A stretch of 64,000 nucleotides of DNA from the human T2T-CHM13v2.0 reference genome, Homo sapiens. The stretch lies in the NCBI RefSeq assembly GCF_009914755.1, contig NC_060926.1, one strand, 5' to 3'. Shown here piece after piece: positions 60,464 through 64,000 of the stretch (position 1 is the stretch's first letter; each line of letters opens with the position of its first letter). Under the pieces are notes generated by a model. The model was not told where the DNA came from and did not search any database. It saw nothing but the letters and a program-made list of their open reading frames with translations. Position numbers and translations under genes: made by a program.

Positions 60464-61960
60464 AGCAAGACAGGGTAATTTCTTGAAGGTGTTTCCAGTT
60501 TGCTGATTCCTGACCTGGGTCATTTGGGTTCATACCTGCTCATGGTTTCTGTGCTCATACTGGGCCAGTGCATCTTGAGTTCCTTACTTGACCATGGTCC
60601 TCTCCTGAACTGCCAACTTTTGATGTTTAGGAATAACTTCCTCTTCTTAACATTTGGCTTCAATGGAATGGAGCAGGAAACACTTAACTCAGGTGAAGAT
60701 TTAAGAAAGATGTCCTAATAGGCTCTTTGCCCTGGGAGGAAGACTTTCATTTTATACAATATCTGCCAGGATTTTAAATCTGAAAATACCATCTCCAGTT
60801 ATCACTAGACTGTAGCTTTGGTCCATGACTCAGCTAAATACTGACTAACTCTTAAGTACTTGAAGTGTTTCATTATACATGTATCACTGTATAAATAATG
60901 AGGTAACTCATTTAATATTCTTTGTCACAATATCTTAACAAATATTTCTCCCTAGCTCAATATAAGTTTGTTTGGGCCATCAATCTTACTTCATAAGAGT
61001 TTGAATTTTAGTTTGTTATAGGTAGCAAGAGGTAAATAAATCTTGCTGAGAAAGCCATAGAAAATTTTTACCTGTTTTTCTTTTGCTCCTTCTGTTCATT
61101 TTTATCTTGATAAATTTCATGGTTTTGGTTTCTACTTAGAACTTGTCATCTTTAAAAAACTGCTATAAAGCAAGTTTGGCTAATTTGCTTAATAAAAATG
61201 TATCTCACAATGGATAAAATATGATTAATGGACAGATAATAACTTCTTTTACAAAAATATATGATTTTCTTTTTAAGAAGTCTGAGAATATTATGCAATT
61301 TGCTTAAGCTTTTAAATAATTCCATGTCTAAAGGTTCCAAGTTATCTAACCAAAGTTACCCTGGATAGGTTTTAGCTGCAGTCATGTTTTTTGATCCTCT
61401 GCTAGGCAGACACACAGGCTAAAATCCACTGTGGTGCTAAGCATTAGGTGACTAAATCAGGGGCATGGTAGATGTATAGAACTTTCAAAATTGTACAGAT
61501 GCTAACATAAACCATCACACACAAATGGTACCTTTGCTTTAATCAACCTCCTAACTGGAACATTTCCCAAAATACAGCCCCCTGCTTCTATTCCTCTCCT
61601 ATCCACTCATATGGTTTTAGGATTCATTTCCCACGTTCAGTTCCATAACTCAAATATTTCTCTTTGTCATTTCTTTCTTTGCCTCAAATTCAACAGACCT
61701 AAAATAAAATCAATTTCATAATCTTAGGGTTGGAAGAGATCCCAGGGGACATCCAATCTTGACTTTAATGGCTACATAAATAGCTTCCATAAAACATCCA
61801 AGAGAGGGGTTCTCTAATCTCTCCTTTAATGTCTCCAGCTCTAGGAACTCCCCTCTTCCCAGCGAAGCCATTTTGGGTGCATAGCTTCCAACGCCAATTC
61901 TATGTCCAAGTTTTCCTACACAGGAAATTATATCATCCTCTTTCCAGTTCCCAGGTCCTC

Positions 61961-62220
61961 TTAATTAAGTCAGCACCATCTGATTACTCTCCAAACGCTC
62001 CATAGCTAATCAGGTATGAGATGGGTCAGGCCTAAGTTTTTAATCAGCCACCTCTCACAGACCCATAATTCCTGGAACATAATTAATTGCTGATTAATTA
62101 CACTGATATTTTAAATCTATCAAGAGCTCAATCTTAGCAAAAGAGGGTTTCTTGCTTTGAATCTGATGCTTCACGTGATGTTTTTGACCAAATAGCCATG
62201 TGAAAATTATGTTAATCATA
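61961..62220. promoter_or_regulatory. Candidate intron-2 enhancer: homeodomain-site cluster plus GAS and E-box
   Basis: TAATCA/TGATTA at 61981, 62007, 62041, 62091 and 62213; TTCCTGGAA 62069-62077; TCACGTGA 62171-62178. Motifs only. Confidence 0.35.
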
Positions 62221-63011
62221 GGTTAGAAATAAAATTACAGTTTACTAGCAGATGGAGTGATAATTGTATAGTTTATACATCATTTAAAACTCCTGTGGAG
62301 AGAAAAGTGCTGACTGCAATGAAAAATGACATTTCGAGAATTTTTGGTAAAATCTACATAGTTCACAGGAGAAAGCTCATTCTTTTAAGTTCCTTGTATT
62401 TTTCTTGCCCTTTAATAATGTGCAGACACAGGCTGGCTTTCCCTAAAAATCAAAGAAACACAATCATCTACCTTTCCTGTTATACTAATGCTATAATGCT
62501 AGCGCCTTAAAATTTCATGAAAAATGAAAAGTGAAAACTTTTGGCAGCCCATTTATTTTCAAATTATTTCGGTAGCATGGATAAAAATAGGAATACTGTA
62601 TGTTACAATATCATATCTCTACATACATGAAAACAAAACTATGCCAAAAGCTCAGTTATATGTAGCTCATTAAGGCCCAGATTCTTTTCAGATCTAAGAT
62701 ACAGCATTAGAAGAAAATGACTTAGAGATGAGTAAATCACCGGTTATTACAAGAAGTTTCCAAAAGCTGTGTTGCTGCGGTGAAACCTGCTAAAAACAAG
62801 GTGACTCATGCTGTTGTTTAGAAGCTGGATGACAGAAACCCATTGGAGTACGCTAATTTCCCTCACTTCTCACACCCCAGTTACAAACTCATTACATTCA
62901 GGGAATGCAGCATTAAGTTATTTGAGAACTGCTACTTCCCAGAGGATTCAATGAGGTAGAAATTAGTATAAAGGACAAGGGAGACTATTCTCTGTTATTT
63001 AGATCTTTAAA

Positions 63012-63775
<764 letters not shown>

Positions 63776-64000
63776 TCAATTTAAGTTCTTTAGAAGAGAG
63801 GGAAGGCTATATGGTAGAGCTCTAAATAGTCTTAACAATTAGAACTATAAGCAGAAGCAACGAAGATTATCTCTTCCTTTAGGATGACATTTAGTAGTTT
63901 GCATCATTATCAAGAATGAGTCTCCTTGACAGAATTCCTCTCTCTCTCCTAGAGACCACTACTGTGGCTAGTGTTGTACTGCATCAGGGTTATTCATGAA

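Overview
Human (or very close great-ape) genomic DNA, Alu-dense and almost entirely intronic. It is the internal part of RBKS (ribokinase, PfkB family) on the minus strand. Six coding exons (exons 2-7, numbering recalled from the 8-exon gene model) have canonical AG/GT borders and join in frame to ...[10 protein letters not shown]...KAVDTT. The first exon and the canonical last exon (GAGDSF...) are not in the window, so 1-32715 is a very long last intron. Inside that intron is a candidate alternative terminal exon (15129-15194, CRPGSRPKSEAASVKKQKHYK*) that would replace the catalytic GAGD motif. The rest is about 37 Alus plus L1, L2, MIR, LTR and DNA-transposon relics. Several insertions have clear architecture: a twin-primed L1PA with a 3' transduction, a twin-primed retrocopy of an ancient L1MB 3' end inside a younger MER41-type LTR, a templated local insertion inside a THE1/MST LTR, and a four-layer nest. 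I see no prokaryote-type system and cannot claim a new biological system; most ORFs in the track are repeat-derived or chance. Repeat names and boundaries were assigned by eye from remembered consensus sequences and are approximate.
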